From the IMG/VR virus record IMGVR_UViG_3300045988_180190: a stretch of 64,000 nucleotides of DNA. One strand, 5' to 3'. Origin of the DNA: a virus. Below the pieces are notes generated by a model that saw only the letters and a list, made by a program, of their open reading frames with translations, made no database searches and was not told the origin of the DNA. Both the position numbers and the translations under genes were made by a program. Of the stretch, positions 53,858-62,664 are shown piece by piece (the stretch's first letter is position 1; the number at the start of each line of letters is the position of its first letter).

Positions 53858-54168
53858 TAATCCTCCTCTTCTTTTAAATCTTTTATAATATCCATGCATT
53901 TAATAGACAGCCTTAATAACGAGCATCTATATTCATCATCTCGTTTAACAGAGTTTAGCTTAGCTTCAACGATATCTCTTAGGAGTTCCATCTCGCTAAG
54001 ACTAAATTGCTCTTGCCTTTTGTTCCAAGCTTCTTCTGCGTCATCCTCGTTAAGGAAGGGTCCTGATAACGCACCGCAATTTACACAAGCTGTGTGATAT
54101 ATACCGATAGGCAATTGTTTAGTATATATGCGGTTACTTCCACAGAATGGGCAACGCTTTGTTTTCAT
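53857..54168 (-). CDS. lar: Lar-family restriction alleviation-like protein
   Basis: KRCPFCGSNRIY ... ACVNCGALSGPF ... DAEEAWNKRQ matches the Lar pattern CPFCG ... C..CG ... A..AWN.R. Confidence 0.7.
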   Translation of the reverse strand: MKTKRCPFCGSNRIYTKQLPIGIYHTACVNCGALSGPFLNEDDAEEAWNKRQEQFSLSEMELLRDIVEAKLNSVKRDDEYRCSLLRLSIKCMDIIKDLKEEED

Positions 54169-54620
54169 TAGTTATTCTCCTCGCTTTCTGCCTGTTTAAG
54201 CCGTTCTAAAACGTCTTTATTATCGTGCATCGTGCGGTCGAGAAGCTCCATTGAAAACTCCTCCACTCTTCTTTGAAGCACCTCATTGTGTGCTTTCAGC
54301 TCTTTTACTTCTTCCCTCAGTCTGTCCGCCTCCTGCGCTTCCGCGCGTTCGGACTCTTGGACAACGTATAGCTCCTTTTGAAGCTCTGCAATTCGCTTGT
54401 GCAACAATGAGGTTTCATGCCTGCGCTCTTGTTCCTTCTTCGTTAGCTTTTGCTTTAAAGTTGATACAAGTTCTTGCAACTCTTGAATGCGGGCTTCATA
54501 TGCTTCCTTGCTCGGAGAAAATGCCCTATTTTGGCATTGTTCATATGCAGAACTATCTTTGCAATATTCAAATGCTTCACAATTTTGGCATTCAATATTG
54601 ATTCCGTTCTTGTCTTTCAT
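54168..54620 (-). CDS. Cys-cluster plus coiled-coil protein (paralog of 53307..53642)
   Basis: The track start is a GTG. The ATG at 54620 gives MKDKNGINIECQNCEAF..., followed by a long heptad-like region. Confidence 0.55.
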   Translation of the reverse strand: MKDKNGINIECQNCEAFEYCKDSSAYEQCQNRAFSPSKEAYEARIQELQELVSTLKQKLTKKEQERRHETSLLHKRIAELQKELYVVQESERAEAQEADRLREEVKELKAHNEVLQRRVEEFSMELLDRTMHDNKDVLERLKQAESEENN

Positions 54621-54813
54621 CGTTATCCTTTTTCCTTTTTTTATTTTCTGCTTCACAAGGTGGTTCTAAAAACCAAGACACGGGTATTTCAAAACCCTCC
54701 TTTACGCAGGCTTCGTTGTACTCATTCTCGTCGAAAAATCGATCACATTGAATACATTTAGAATTGTTTTTATCTGCTTTTGGACAAAATGTTTTATCTT
54801 TATAGGTGTTCAT
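54592..54813 (-). CDS. small Cys-containing hypothetical protein
   Basis: 73 aa, ATG start. The IS left end begins about 12 nt upstream of its start. Confidence 0.45.
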   Translation of the reverse strand: MNTYKDKTFCPKADKNNSKCIQCDRFFDENEYNEACVKEGFEIPVSWFLEPPCEAENKKRKKDNDERQERNQY

Positions 54814-54864
54814 TATGTTTAATCCAGAAAACTCACCAGTTTATCTGGTGAGATGAATGGCTTG

Positions 54865-55266
54865 TTATTTAGATTTTTGTTGTTCAATATAATTTTTAAT
54901 ATTTTCTTCCGAAGTGCTTCCGACCGTCCCGTAAAAAGTACCCTTACTCCACAATCCTGTACCCCAAAACTTTTTCTGTTTTAGGGAGGGGAAGGCAAAA
55001 AATAACCTCACGGCACTAATTGATTTTAAGGTTTGTGCTATGGTTACGGGAGCTACTGTATGAGGTGCCTCTATTAAAATATGTACATGATCGGGCATAA
55101 TTTCTAAAGCTCCTATTTTCCAACCATAAGCTATAGCTGTTTCATTTAAAATGAGCTTTAAAACTACAGATTCTTTTTCTTTTAAAACAGGGTGTCTAAA
55201 TTTTGTACACCACACAATATGATATGCCAGTTGACAAATAGAATTATTTTGTTGACTTTTTTCCAT
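54865..55266 (-). CDS. tnpA: IS200/IS605 Y1 (HUH) transposase TnpA
   Basis: 133 aa. HUH motif in PDHVHILIE, catalytic Tyr region GTFYGTVG, and YHIVWCTKFR at the N-terminus. Confidence 0.9.
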   Translation of the reverse strand: MEKSQQNNSICQLAYHIVWCTKFRHPVLKEKESVVLKLILNETAIAYGWKIGALEIMPDHVHILIEAPHTVAPVTIAQTLKSISAVRLFFAFPSLKQKKFWGTGLWSKGTFYGTVGSTSEENIKNYIEQQKSK

Positions 55267-55287
55267 AATTAATAATCATATAAAATA

Positions 55288-56385
55288 ATGATTAAAACAA
55301 TGTCAATTAAAGCACCCTTAAACCCTGAAGATTATTTTCTGTGGTTTAATCAGTGTGCTGATATGTTTAATCAATATGTTGATTGGGCGTTTAAAGTTAA
55401 ATCTTATAATAAAAACAAAGCTCATAAGGAACTTTATCAAAAATTTCGTTGTGATTATCCACAAATTCCTAGTGCACTTGTCCAATGTGTTAGAGACATG
55501 GCTCTAGAATCTGTAAAAAGGGATAAATTTAAATCAAAACCCAAGAAAAAGAATAATTCCAGCTTAAGGCTAAATAAGTGTCTAATAAACTTAAAAGGAA
55601 ATTCTATTTCTGTAATTCACCCTAACAAACGAATTAAATTTAATTTTGATTATGCAGATTATTTTTCTAACTATAAAAATGCCAAATTTCGTAGCGCAAC
55701 TTTACAGTATAAAAAGCTAAGTCATACAATCGTTTTAAACTTACAATTCGAGTTTCCGGACACTCCCTTGAAAGCAGAAGGGGAAATAATAGGTATAGAT
55801 AGAGGTATTTACAACCTTGTGTCTTGTTCTAATGGACTGCAAATTAAAGGTAGTCAGATAAGAGCAAGACAACGAAAAGATTTGTTTAATAAAAGAAATA
55901 TTCAATCAAAAGGAACAAAATCTTCCAAACGTAAGCTTAAAAAGCTAAGCGGAAGATATGCTCGGTTCAGTGCGAATATTAATCACTGCATAAGTAAACA
56001 AATTGTTTCGATTCCTAATCTAAAAACCATTGTATTTGAAAATTTAAAAAACATCGGTAAAAAGCGTAAAGGAAAAAAGCTTAACAAATGGATTCATTCC
56101 TGGTCTTTTTACCAACTTCAAATATTCACGGAATACAAGGCTTTAGAAAAAGGAATCGAAGTAAAATATGTTGACCCAAGGTATACTTCGCAAAAGTGTA
56201 GTGCTTGTGGTTTCACGGACAAGAATAACCGGCATAAACATAAATTTGTTTGCAGACATTGCGGACATACTTGCGATGCCGATTTAAATGCCGCTGTAAA
56301 CATTAAACAAAACTATATTCTCTCTTTAACTAATAAAGAGCAGGCTGCTGTCAACCAGCCTATTGTAGCAAGCAGCAATGCTTAG
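55288..56385 (+). CDS. tnpB: TnpB RNA-guided endonuclease
   Basis: RuvC residues in IIGIDRG, IVFENL and DADLNAAVNI. Zinc ribbon CSACG ... CRHCG. Confidence 0.9.
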   Translation: MIKTMSIKAPLNPEDYFLWFNQCADMFNQYVDWAFKVKSYNKNKAHKELYQKFRCDYPQIPSALVQCVRDMALESVKRDKFKSKPKKKNNSSLRLNKCLINLKGNSISVIHPNKRIKFNFDYADYFSNYKNAKFRSATLQYKKLSHTIVLNLQFEFPDTPLKAEGEIIGIDRGIYNLVSCSNGLQIKGSQIRARQRKDLFNKRNIQSKGTKSSKRKLKKLSGRYARFSANINHCISKQIVSIPNLKTIVFENLKNIGKKRKGKKLNKWIHSWSFYQLQIFTEYKALEKGIEVKYVDPRYTSQKCSACGFTDKNNRHKHKFVCRHCGHTCDADLNAAVNIKQNYILSLTNKEQAAVNQPIVASSNA

Positions 56386-56421
56386 TTACAAGCTAATCAG
56401 TTTATCTGGTGAGTAGTTGAC
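56230..56421 (+). ncRNA. candidate omega RNA of element 2 (extent approximate)
   Basis: It covers the 3' end of tnpB plus the right end, finishing at gagtagttgac (56421). The terminal hairpin is cagtttatctggtg. Confidence 0.4.
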
Positions 56422-56542
56422 AGATCAACTTCATAGGTTACAATTTTCTATGTTGCTATATATCATTAGGTTACACCCAGTTATTAAGGTATACTTAACA
56501 ACTGGGTATGTAAGTGTTACTAAACACACAGGGGTTCCAGCA

Positions 56543-56974
56543 TTATTTACCTAAAATAATAGGTTTAGCTGTACCCTCTACTTCGATTTTTAAACAAGCT
56601 TGCCTGATTCCCATGAAGTAACAGTTTTTAATTTCAGGAGCTGCAATATCAGGGCGTTCAAATTTGTCGATTAAATTTTTCCACCATTTTTTCAGATTTT
56701 TAATATCTTCAGCGTCCCCAAAATCCCTTAAGTCTCCCCATAGCAATACAGCATATGCCGCTAAGGAATGTTCCTCCCCAGGGACAATCTTTACCTGAAT
56801 AGAACCTTCGGATCCATAGGGAACATTACACTTATATCTTTTAGACCAACGGTCTCCATAAGACCAAGTACGAAATAATCCCTTTAAAGCTTTCTCTTGC
56901 TGTATATCTCTTTCGTCGCCATCTCTTAGGGCATCAATCCTAATTACCCCGGCTATATGTGTCCATTGTGACAT
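56543..56974 (-). CDS. hypothetical protein
   Basis: 143 aa, ATG start. Confidence 0.55.
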   Translation of the reverse strand: MSQWTHIAGVIRIDALRDGDERDIQQEKALKGLFRTWSYGDRWSKRYKCNVPYGSEGSIQVKIVPGEEHSLAAYAVLLWGDLRDFGDAEDIKNLKKWWKNLIDKFERPDIAAPEIKNCYFMGIRQACLKIEVEGTAKPIILGK

Positions 56975-57156
56975 ACGTTGTCCTTTCTTTTATTGTTTAA
57001 AATTTTTTTATATTGTTTACACTGATATAGGCATTTAATTGTAACCTTGCTGCTTCTGCATCACAATTGCCGTTTAGTGCTTTTTTTAACGTCTTGCCAT
57101 ATCAAGGAGTATTTTTCCCTACGGCGCAAAATAATTTTGTACCGTAGGGAAGTTAT

Positions 57157-57675
57157 TTAATGTTTCGAGGGATTATATGAATGTTCTTTTATCGCCTGCA
57201 TTAGATCCAAACATCTGTTTCTAGTGGCTATATTGTTACATCCGAAAACCATATACAACTTTGTATCTTCATGAATTACATGGATACAAGGCAGAGTATC
57301 ACTGAGCGTATTCTCAATCTCAGCAGAGTACTTAGGATCCCACTGATTATCTGATAGTGTAATTTTAAGAATTACTCTGTACTTAGTTTTTAACAGCTTA
57401 TTAAATTTATAAGCTGTTAAAAATTTTTTCAATTTACTGCGCATATAGCTAGTAAAAGATAACCTTTGTACATCAATAACTCCAGAGCTGCCTCGTGTAC
57501 GGGTTGTTTCTTTTGTGTCTAGAATCGAATCTTTTTGAGATTCTTTTACAAATTTCAGTACTTCCAAAATGAGCATCCAAGACATTATGACCACCACTAC
57601 TAAGACCGTAGCGTGTATAACATTGAAGTCTCCAACTAATGGTTTGTTTAAAATATTCATTATTGCGTAATTCAT
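57157..57675 (-). CDS. membrane-anchored hypothetical protein
   Basis: N-terminal TM segment VIHATVLVVVVIMSWMLILEVL. Confidence 0.5.
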   Translation of the reverse strand: MNYAIMNILNKPLVGDFNVIHATVLVVVVIMSWMLILEVLKFVKESQKDSILDTKETTRTRGSSGVIDVQRLSFTSYMRSKLKKFLTAYKFNKLLKTKYRVILKITLSDNQWDPKYSAEIENTLSDTLPCIHVIHEDTKLYMVFGCNNIATRNRCLDLMQAIKEHSYNPSKH

Positions 57676-57701
57676 AAGTGTTTTCTTTCTAATAATTTAT
57701 C

Positions 57702-57866
57702 TTATTTACCACTGTATACCCATACCAGGCATGCCATTGACATAACTAAAAATACTGGCTCAACACCGCTAAATGTATCTCCACCAGCAATAGTATTAAT
57801 CAAAATTAGCCCAATTAGAGATAATGCCGTAATTAAAATAATGATCTCAATAAGCATTTTAAGCAT
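57702..57866 (-). CDS. small two-TM protein (54 aa, below the ORF-track cutoff)
   Basis: My translation is MLKMLIEIIILITALSLIGLILINTIAGGDTFSGVEPVFLVMSMACLVWVYSGK. Confidence 0.3.
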   Translation of the reverse strand: MLKMLIEIIILITALSLIGLILINTIAGGDTFSGVEPVFLVMSMACLVWVYSGK

Positions 57867-57946
57867 AGACTTTGCCTGACTGTTTATAAATTAAAAGCGC
57901 AAGGTATTGAACCTTGCGCTGAAAGAATGTTTGCGTTTTATGGAAT

Positions 57947-58528
57947 TTACTCAATGCAAATTCCAAACTGGCTGCAGGTTTCACGCAACTCGTTTACCGC
58001 TGCAATTTCTTTTGCCTTAACTTGTACGTACGCTTCAGAAGCAACCTTGGACGTGGATGCCGCAGTACTCATTTCAGCACCTTTGATTACTCCATTTGCT
58101 AGCCCTGTCAATATAAGATTAAATCCTTGCAAGCAAGTATTATCTTCTATATCGAAAAACTTGGTGTAAATGGCGTCGTACCAACTAAGCATGGTCTGCA
58201 TAGATGTTTCTATAAGCGGCCACCAGGTATTCACGTTGTCCCCAAGTCCTTGCTTAATATATTTTTCTATTTCTTCTGTGGAATAGTCTGAGGCATTGAC
58301 GGAAATGAGAATTCCATTACCGCTTGCCTTAAATATATTTGTAAGGTCCGGGTTCTTTTTACACACAGCGTTGACCGTATACTGTGCAGCCGTTTCCAAG
58401 GACGGTGCAATCACAGAAGCTACAGTGGTAAAATCTGCGGAGTTAAACCATCCTTTAATTTGTGTGCATCCACACAAGGTAGCTATGGACGCAATCGCAA
58501 TAAGTATGCTTGTTTTTATATGTTTCAT
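57947..58528 (-). CDS. lipoprotein
   Basis: Signal peptide with lipobox: MKHIKTSILIAIASIATLCGC. Confidence 0.65.
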   Translation of the reverse strand: MKHIKTSILIAIASIATLCGCTQIKGWFNSADFTTVASVIAPSLETAAQYTVNAVCKKNPDLTNIFKASGNGILISVNASDYSTEEIEKYIKQGLGDNVNTWWPLIETSMQTMLSWYDAIYTKFFDIEDNTCLQGFNLILTGLANGVIKGAEMSTAASTSKVASEAYVQVKAKEIAAVNELRETCSQFGICIE

Positions 58529-58570
58529 TGTATTTTTTCCTTTTGTTAGTTATTTAGTTGAGTGAAAAAT

Positions 58571-59455
58571 TTATTTTTTCTGAAATACTGATTTATTGCT
58601 CTTCAGCTTTCTGTCGAAATCTGCCTTGGATATGCCGGTTATCTCTTCGAATATTTTATAGTCAAAGTTTGGCAACTCAAGTGTTAGAATCACGTCTTGA
58701 ACCGTAGCCCTTGAAAATTCGCGTTTAAACATCTCCTTTTCAGGATGCTTTACCCTCAAAATCCAAAGAGGCCAAGGAATACTACGGGCATCTACGTCTG
58801 TTTCTTTGTTAAAGAAATAACATTTAGGGGATATGGTATTGAAACAACCACAGTTACGGTCCCCAATGTTAAAGGAACCAGTATTGTAGTTACCTATGTT
58901 CTTATCCCCCGTATTTTCGTTGCCGATGTTATATGCTCCACTGTTTCTGTACCCCACGTTAGATACTCCAGTATTATGATCGCCTATATTACCGTGACCG
59001 GTGTTGTAATTTCCTTTATTGCGGGTTCCAGTGTTAAGATTTCCCACATTTGGTCCCCGACTATTTTGGTATCCAATATTGTAATTGGGTCGCGGGGGTA
59101 GGTTATCTAAAGCACGATCTTCATAATACTTTATCCTACGCATGCAGGTTTTAGTAATTTCTTTGACCAGCCTTATCGTTTGACATAATATTTCAGGCGA
59201 GGTTCCCGCCACGTGTTCAATGCAAGTTTTCCCCTTAACGTCTACTTCGAATATTCTCACCTCCTCAAGTATTTCACCATACAAGGCAAAAATCCAGTTG
59301 GTAGAAACTTTATAGTGTGAGTCTTCAATTTTTGCAGCCGGAATCTTGGGAGTCCACTTTCCAGGCTTGTTACCTTGTGGCAAATAATCCGTGTAGTCAA
59401 ACCCGGAATTAATTACTTGATTATCTTCTACTCTAAGAACTATGTAGTTTTTCAT
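58571..59455 (-). CDS. NxGxx pentad-repeat (beta-helix-like) protein
   Basis: Sixteen consecutive pentads: NIGYQ NSRGP NVGNL NTGTR NKGNY NTGHG NIGDH NTGVS NVGYR NSGAY NIGNE NTGDK NIGNY NTGSF NIGDR NCGCF. The track N-terminus (to 59521) is encoded by the IS left end, so the likely start is MKNYIVL at 59455. Confidence 0.7.
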   Translation of the reverse strand: MKNYIVLRVEDNQVINSGFDYTDYLPQGNKPGKWTPKIPAAKIEDSHYKVSTNWIFALYGEILEEVRIFEVDVKGKTCIEHVAGTSPEILCQTIRLVKEITKTCMRRIKYYEDRALDNLPPRPNYNIGYQNSRGPNVGNLNTGTRNKGNYNTGHGNIGDHNTGVSNVGYRNSGAYNIGNENTGDKNIGNYNTGSFNIGDRNCGCFNTISPKCYFFNKETDVDARSIPWPLWILRVKHPEKEMFKREFSRATVQDVILTLELPNFDYKIFEEITGISKADFDRKLKSNKSVFQKK

Positions 59456-59584
59456 ATTATATCCTTTCTTTATTAGGAGTGTCAGAAAACTCACCAGCTC
59501 GTCTGGTGAGCTGAATGGCATCTTTGGTTATTTTGTTTTTTGTTCTTGACATAAATTTAAGTTAGTTGAAAATTTACTTAAACA

Positions 59585-60793
59585 ATGCCTAAAAAGACAA
59601 TATTTAAATCTTATAAATTTCGTCTTTATCCTGAAGATAAAGACAAAGCTTTTTTATCTCAACATTTTGGGCATTGTAGGTTTGTATATAATTACTTCCT
59701 AAAAGAAAAGCAGAATTTTTATCTTAAAAACAAGAAAACTTTAAATTATAACAATTGTTCAGCCGCGTTAACTACTCTTAAAAAACAAAAAGAATACTCG
59801 TGGTTAAAAGACGTGAACTCCCAAAGCTTGCAACAATCTTTAAAGCATTTGGAAACTGCATTTGGAAAGTTCTTTAAAAAAGAAACTAAATTTCCCGTTT
59901 ATAAAAATAAACATTCTTTTAATTCTTTTTCGATACCTCAAAATATTCGCATTGTTAAAAATCGAATTTTTATTCCCAAATTTAAACAAGGCATTCGATT
60001 TGTTAAACATAGGGAATTGAAAGGTAAGATTCTTAGCGCCACAATATCCCTAAACCCGTCGGGAAGATATTTCGTATCTATTTTAACATCACAAGAAATT
60101 GACGTTAAGAAATCTGTTAAAAATCCAAAAATTATTGGGCTGGATTTGGGGATAAAAGACTTCCTTATAACTTCTGACGGATCCAGATTTTCTAATTTTA
60201 AGTTTAAAAGACAGTATCAAACTAAGCTATCTAAGCTTCAAAAATATCTAAGTCGCAAACCCCAACCCAGTAATTCCAAAATAAAACTAAAACAAAAGAT
60301 TGCCAAACTTCACGAGAAGATAGCCAATTCCCGTGAGTATCTGCAACATTGTATTAGTAAACAACTGGTTGAAGAAAACGATGTTATATGTTTGGAAACA
60401 TTATCAGTTAAAAATATGATGAAAAACCACAAGCTCGCTTATGCTATAAGCGATAGTGCATGGACATCTTTTGTTTCCAAACTGGAATATAAATCGAAAT
60501 GGAAGGGAAAAGATATAGTTAAAATAGACCATTTCTTTCCTTCGTCCAAAACTTGCAATAGTTGCGGGTATATTAACCAAAAACTAACGCTTAAAGACAG
60601 GTCTTGGATTTGTCCTAAATGCGGCAAGCTTTTAGATCGAGATATAAACGCGGCTAAAAATATTTTAACCCGAGGATTGACCATAATCCTATCGTCCGCA
60701 ACAGACGATTACAGACATGGAGCTGAAATAAGACTTGGCTTGGATAATTTATCCAAGCCAAGCATAAGCAATGAAGTGTTTAAAATTGAATAG
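59585..60793 (+). CDS. tnpB: TnpB RNA-guided endonuclease
   Basis: YKFRLYPEDKDKAFLSQHFGHCRFVYN. RuvC residues in IIGLDLG, ICLETL and DRDINAAKNI. Zinc ribbon CNSCG ... CPKCG. It is closely similar to element 1 TnpB in its C-terminal half. Confidence 0.9.
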   Translation: MPKKTIFKSYKFRLYPEDKDKAFLSQHFGHCRFVYNYFLKEKQNFYLKNKKTLNYNNCSAALTTLKKQKEYSWLKDVNSQSLQQSLKHLETAFGKFFKKETKFPVYKNKHSFNSFSIPQNIRIVKNRIFIPKFKQGIRFVKHRELKGKILSATISLNPSGRYFVSILTSQEIDVKKSVKNPKIIGLDLGIKDFLITSDGSRFSNFKFKRQYQTKLSKLQKYLSRKPQPSNSKIKLKQKIAKLHEKIANSREYLQHCISKQLVEENDVICLETLSVKNMMKNHKLAYAISDSAWTSFVSKLEYKSKWKGKDIVKIDHFFPSSKTCNSCGYINQKLTLKDRSWICPKCGKLLDRDINAAKNILTRGLTIILSSATDDYRHGAEIRLGLDNLSKPSISNEVFKIE

Positions 60794-60839
60794 CTTTAAT
60801 GCTTTTCAAGCTCACTAGCTTGTCTAGTGAGTAGTTGAC
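60650..60839 (+). ncRNA. candidate omega RNA of element 3 (extent approximate)
   Basis: It covers the 3' end of tnpB plus the right end. Stems are cttggcttggataatttatccaagccaag and ctcactag/ctagtgag. It ends at gagtagttgac (60839). Confidence 0.4.
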
Positions 60840-60847
60840 TGTATTGA

Positions 60848-61345
60848 TTATTGCTTATTGCCTGCAGAATGCATGGCAAAAAATTTTTCAATGGGCATTT
60901 CAATTATTTTTCCTGTTTTTTTATGCCTAAACTTACATACAGTATTTGCTCTGCAGCATTTGGATATTTGGCGACTCCCTCTAAATACAGTAGAACAAGT
61001 TGGACCTATATTTAAGTTATAAAATATATGTGCGAAGGGAAAGTCCTTTAAAGACAATGGCGTTCCCAACGGATACGTAGGGTAATAGTACCCCAGTAGT
61101 GGAGAAATACTAAAATGCGTTAATTTTAGATAGTCAAAAAATGCTTCTTTATAAAGCTTTAAATTCTGATCACTTGCCGAAGTTTTTAACTGCTCATGCA
61201 TTTTGATAAGTCTCTTTACTGCCTTTTCCACCTTATCAAAGAAAAAGCTATCTGTTCGTAGCAATTTCTCGATGTCAAAGAATCCTCCTGCGTAGTCATA
61301 TGTAGCAGGGGGTAGCACTGTCGAACTGTTATCAGAATTATTCAT
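60848..61345 (-). CDS. terL: terminase large subunit N-terminal fragment fused to a 36-aa split-intein N-fragment
   Basis: It ends ...FAHIFYNLNIGPTCSTVFRGSRQISK | CCRANTVCKFRHKKTGKIIEMPIEKFFAMHSAGNKQ stop. GSRQISK is the first half of a TerL Walker A (RQxGK[ST]T). The track start at 61381 is a GTG, and the first ATG is at 61345. Confidence 0.75.
   Translation of the reverse strand: MNNSDNSSTVLPPATYDYAGGFFDIEKLLRTDSFFFDKVEKAVKRLIKMHEQLKTSASDQNLKLYKEAFFDYLKLTHFSISPLLGYYYPTYPLGTPLSLKDFPFAHIFYNLNIGPTCSTVFRGSRQISKCCRANTVCKFRHKKTGKIIEMPIEKFFAMHSAGNKQ
60851..60958 (-). other. split intein N-fragment (IntN, 36 aa)
   Basis: The Cys1 codon at 60958-60956 directly follows the Walker A Lys. The block A-like sequence is C-x4-T-x-C ... 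TGKIIEMPIEKF. Confidence 0.7.
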
Positions 61346-61390
61346 ATCAATAGCAGTCCAACAAAACTTATCCAAAAACACAAGTTTTTT

Positions 61391-62182
61391 TTAAAACACC
61401 CAATTAGTCCAATCAAATTCTGAACCTTTTGGAAATGTGGTATCTAACTCAAATCTTAGTTTTTCAGGAACTTCAGTCCAACCAGACCAAAGAGATTCAC
61501 CAAATTCTTGGGTAGTGGAATGGATTTCCTTCCCCAACAAGTTATCCTCATCTTTTATATCTCTGTGGGGACTAACGAGATATATGCCTTGATTTCCATT
61601 GCCCGTATCTTCATCGGCAAATAATAGGATGAACCTGTTTGAAAAATGTTTTTGAAATTCCAATAACCATCCTATAGGCGTAACCCAAGGCGTAGTAAAT
61701 ATAATTGAACAGTCTGAAACCGCTTGCAATGACGCATTCCATTTACACCCCCAATTAACAACCGACCAGTCATACCAGTCCTTAAATTTACATAGAGTCT
61801 TACAACAAAATTCGATTAGCTCTTGTTTTTGATCTCGTGTGAGATCTTCTACTTTATGAGCAATATCTTTTTGTGTATCCTTAATATATGACTGCAGTAT
61901 ATCAAAGAATTTATCCGGGTCGGTATCTTGGGTAATACGATTGTTTTTACAGCACTGGAGAACTAATTCTTTCCATCTTGTATTTTTTGGGAATTCAGTT
62001 GTTTGACAATATACCACACTGGGATGCTCTAAAATCTTGGGCATAGGTACCAGCTTATTGAAATCCATTTGCATTTTCGGATTCTTATCTGCAGATTTCG
62101 TATTTATGTCGCACAACTTTAATGCTTCCTTTAGCTGAGATTGATTTTTAAACACTAGTTGGTTAAGTACTTCATTGGGCAT
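61391..62182 (-). CDS. hypothetical protein, possibly DUF1281 / Api92-like
   Basis: DFNKLVPMP ... DWYDWSVVNWGCKWNA resembles the NWGTKWN motif of that plasmid and phage family. Recalled from memory, not searched. Confidence 0.45.
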   Translation of the reverse strand: MPNEVLNQLVFKNQSQLKEALKLCDINTKSADKNPKMQMDFNKLVPMPKILEHPSVVYCQTTEFPKNTRWKELVLQCCKNNRITQDTDPDKFFDILQSYIKDTQKDIAHKVEDLTRDQKQELIEFCCKTLCKFKDWYDWSVVNWGCKWNASLQAVSDCSIIFTTPWVTPIGWLLEFQKHFSNRFILLFADEDTGNGNQGIYLVSPHRDIKDEDNLLGKEIHSTTQEFGESLWSGWTEVPEKLRFELDTTFPKGSEFDWTNWVF

Positions 62183-62292
62183 GATCGTTCTCCTGTAAGT
62201 TTAATATGTTCAGATTTATAGAATTGTTATTTAAGATTATTATTGACCTTTAGAGTTTTTGTAATTTACATTTTTTTAGCTTATTCATAATT

Positions 62293-62664
62293 ATGCCTGA
62301 AAAAATTGAATCCAATAATCCAAAGTTCATAGAAAGCTATTCTGTTGAGGATTGGCAAATTGAAACTCCCAATGGTTGGGAGGATATTGAAAGTGTGCAC
62401 AAAACAATACCTTTCGATGTATGGCAGATTGTTACCGCTAACAAGAAAGTGTTGCACTGTGCAGATGAGCATGCTGTCATAACAGAAAACGGGGAGAAGA
62501 CACATGCTAAAAAATCATTGGATAATAATATTATTACCTCAGATGGAATCTCTTCAGTGGTGTCAGTAGATAAATTACCATTACCACCGGAGCATATGTA
62601 TGACATCACCTTAAAAAGTGATACCTCCCATGTATATTTTACTAATGGTATTTTAAGCCATAAT
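62293..62664 (+). other. split intein C-fragment (IntC, 124 aa)
   Basis: Hint-domain blocks: ...VLHCADEHAVITENGEK, block F MYDITLKSDTSHVYF, block G TNGILSHN, followed by Thr +1 (62665). Confidence 0.75.

Larger units (their letters stand above)
54825..56421 (+). mobile_element. complete IS200/IS605-family element (element 2: tnpA + tnpB)
   Basis: The left end cagaaaactcaccagtttatctggtgagatgaatggc has the hairpin ctcaccag/ctggtgag. The right end is ...cagtttatctggtgagtagttgac. tnpA and tnpB are divergent inside. Confidence 0.8.
59483..60839 (+). mobile_element. IS200/IS605-family tnpB-only element (element 3), same end family as element 2
   Basis: The left end is cagaaaactcaccagctcgtctggtgagctgaatggc. 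The right end is ctcactagcttgtctagtgagtagttgac. There is no tnpA. Confidence 0.8.

Noticed and set aside
57100-57150. Hairpin ccctacgg ... ccgtaggg as a terminator of the 57157..57675 gene
   Set aside because: The stem is good (8 bp), but on the minus strand it is followed by A-rich rather than U-rich sequence. Orientation and function are unclear, so I did not list it as a feature.
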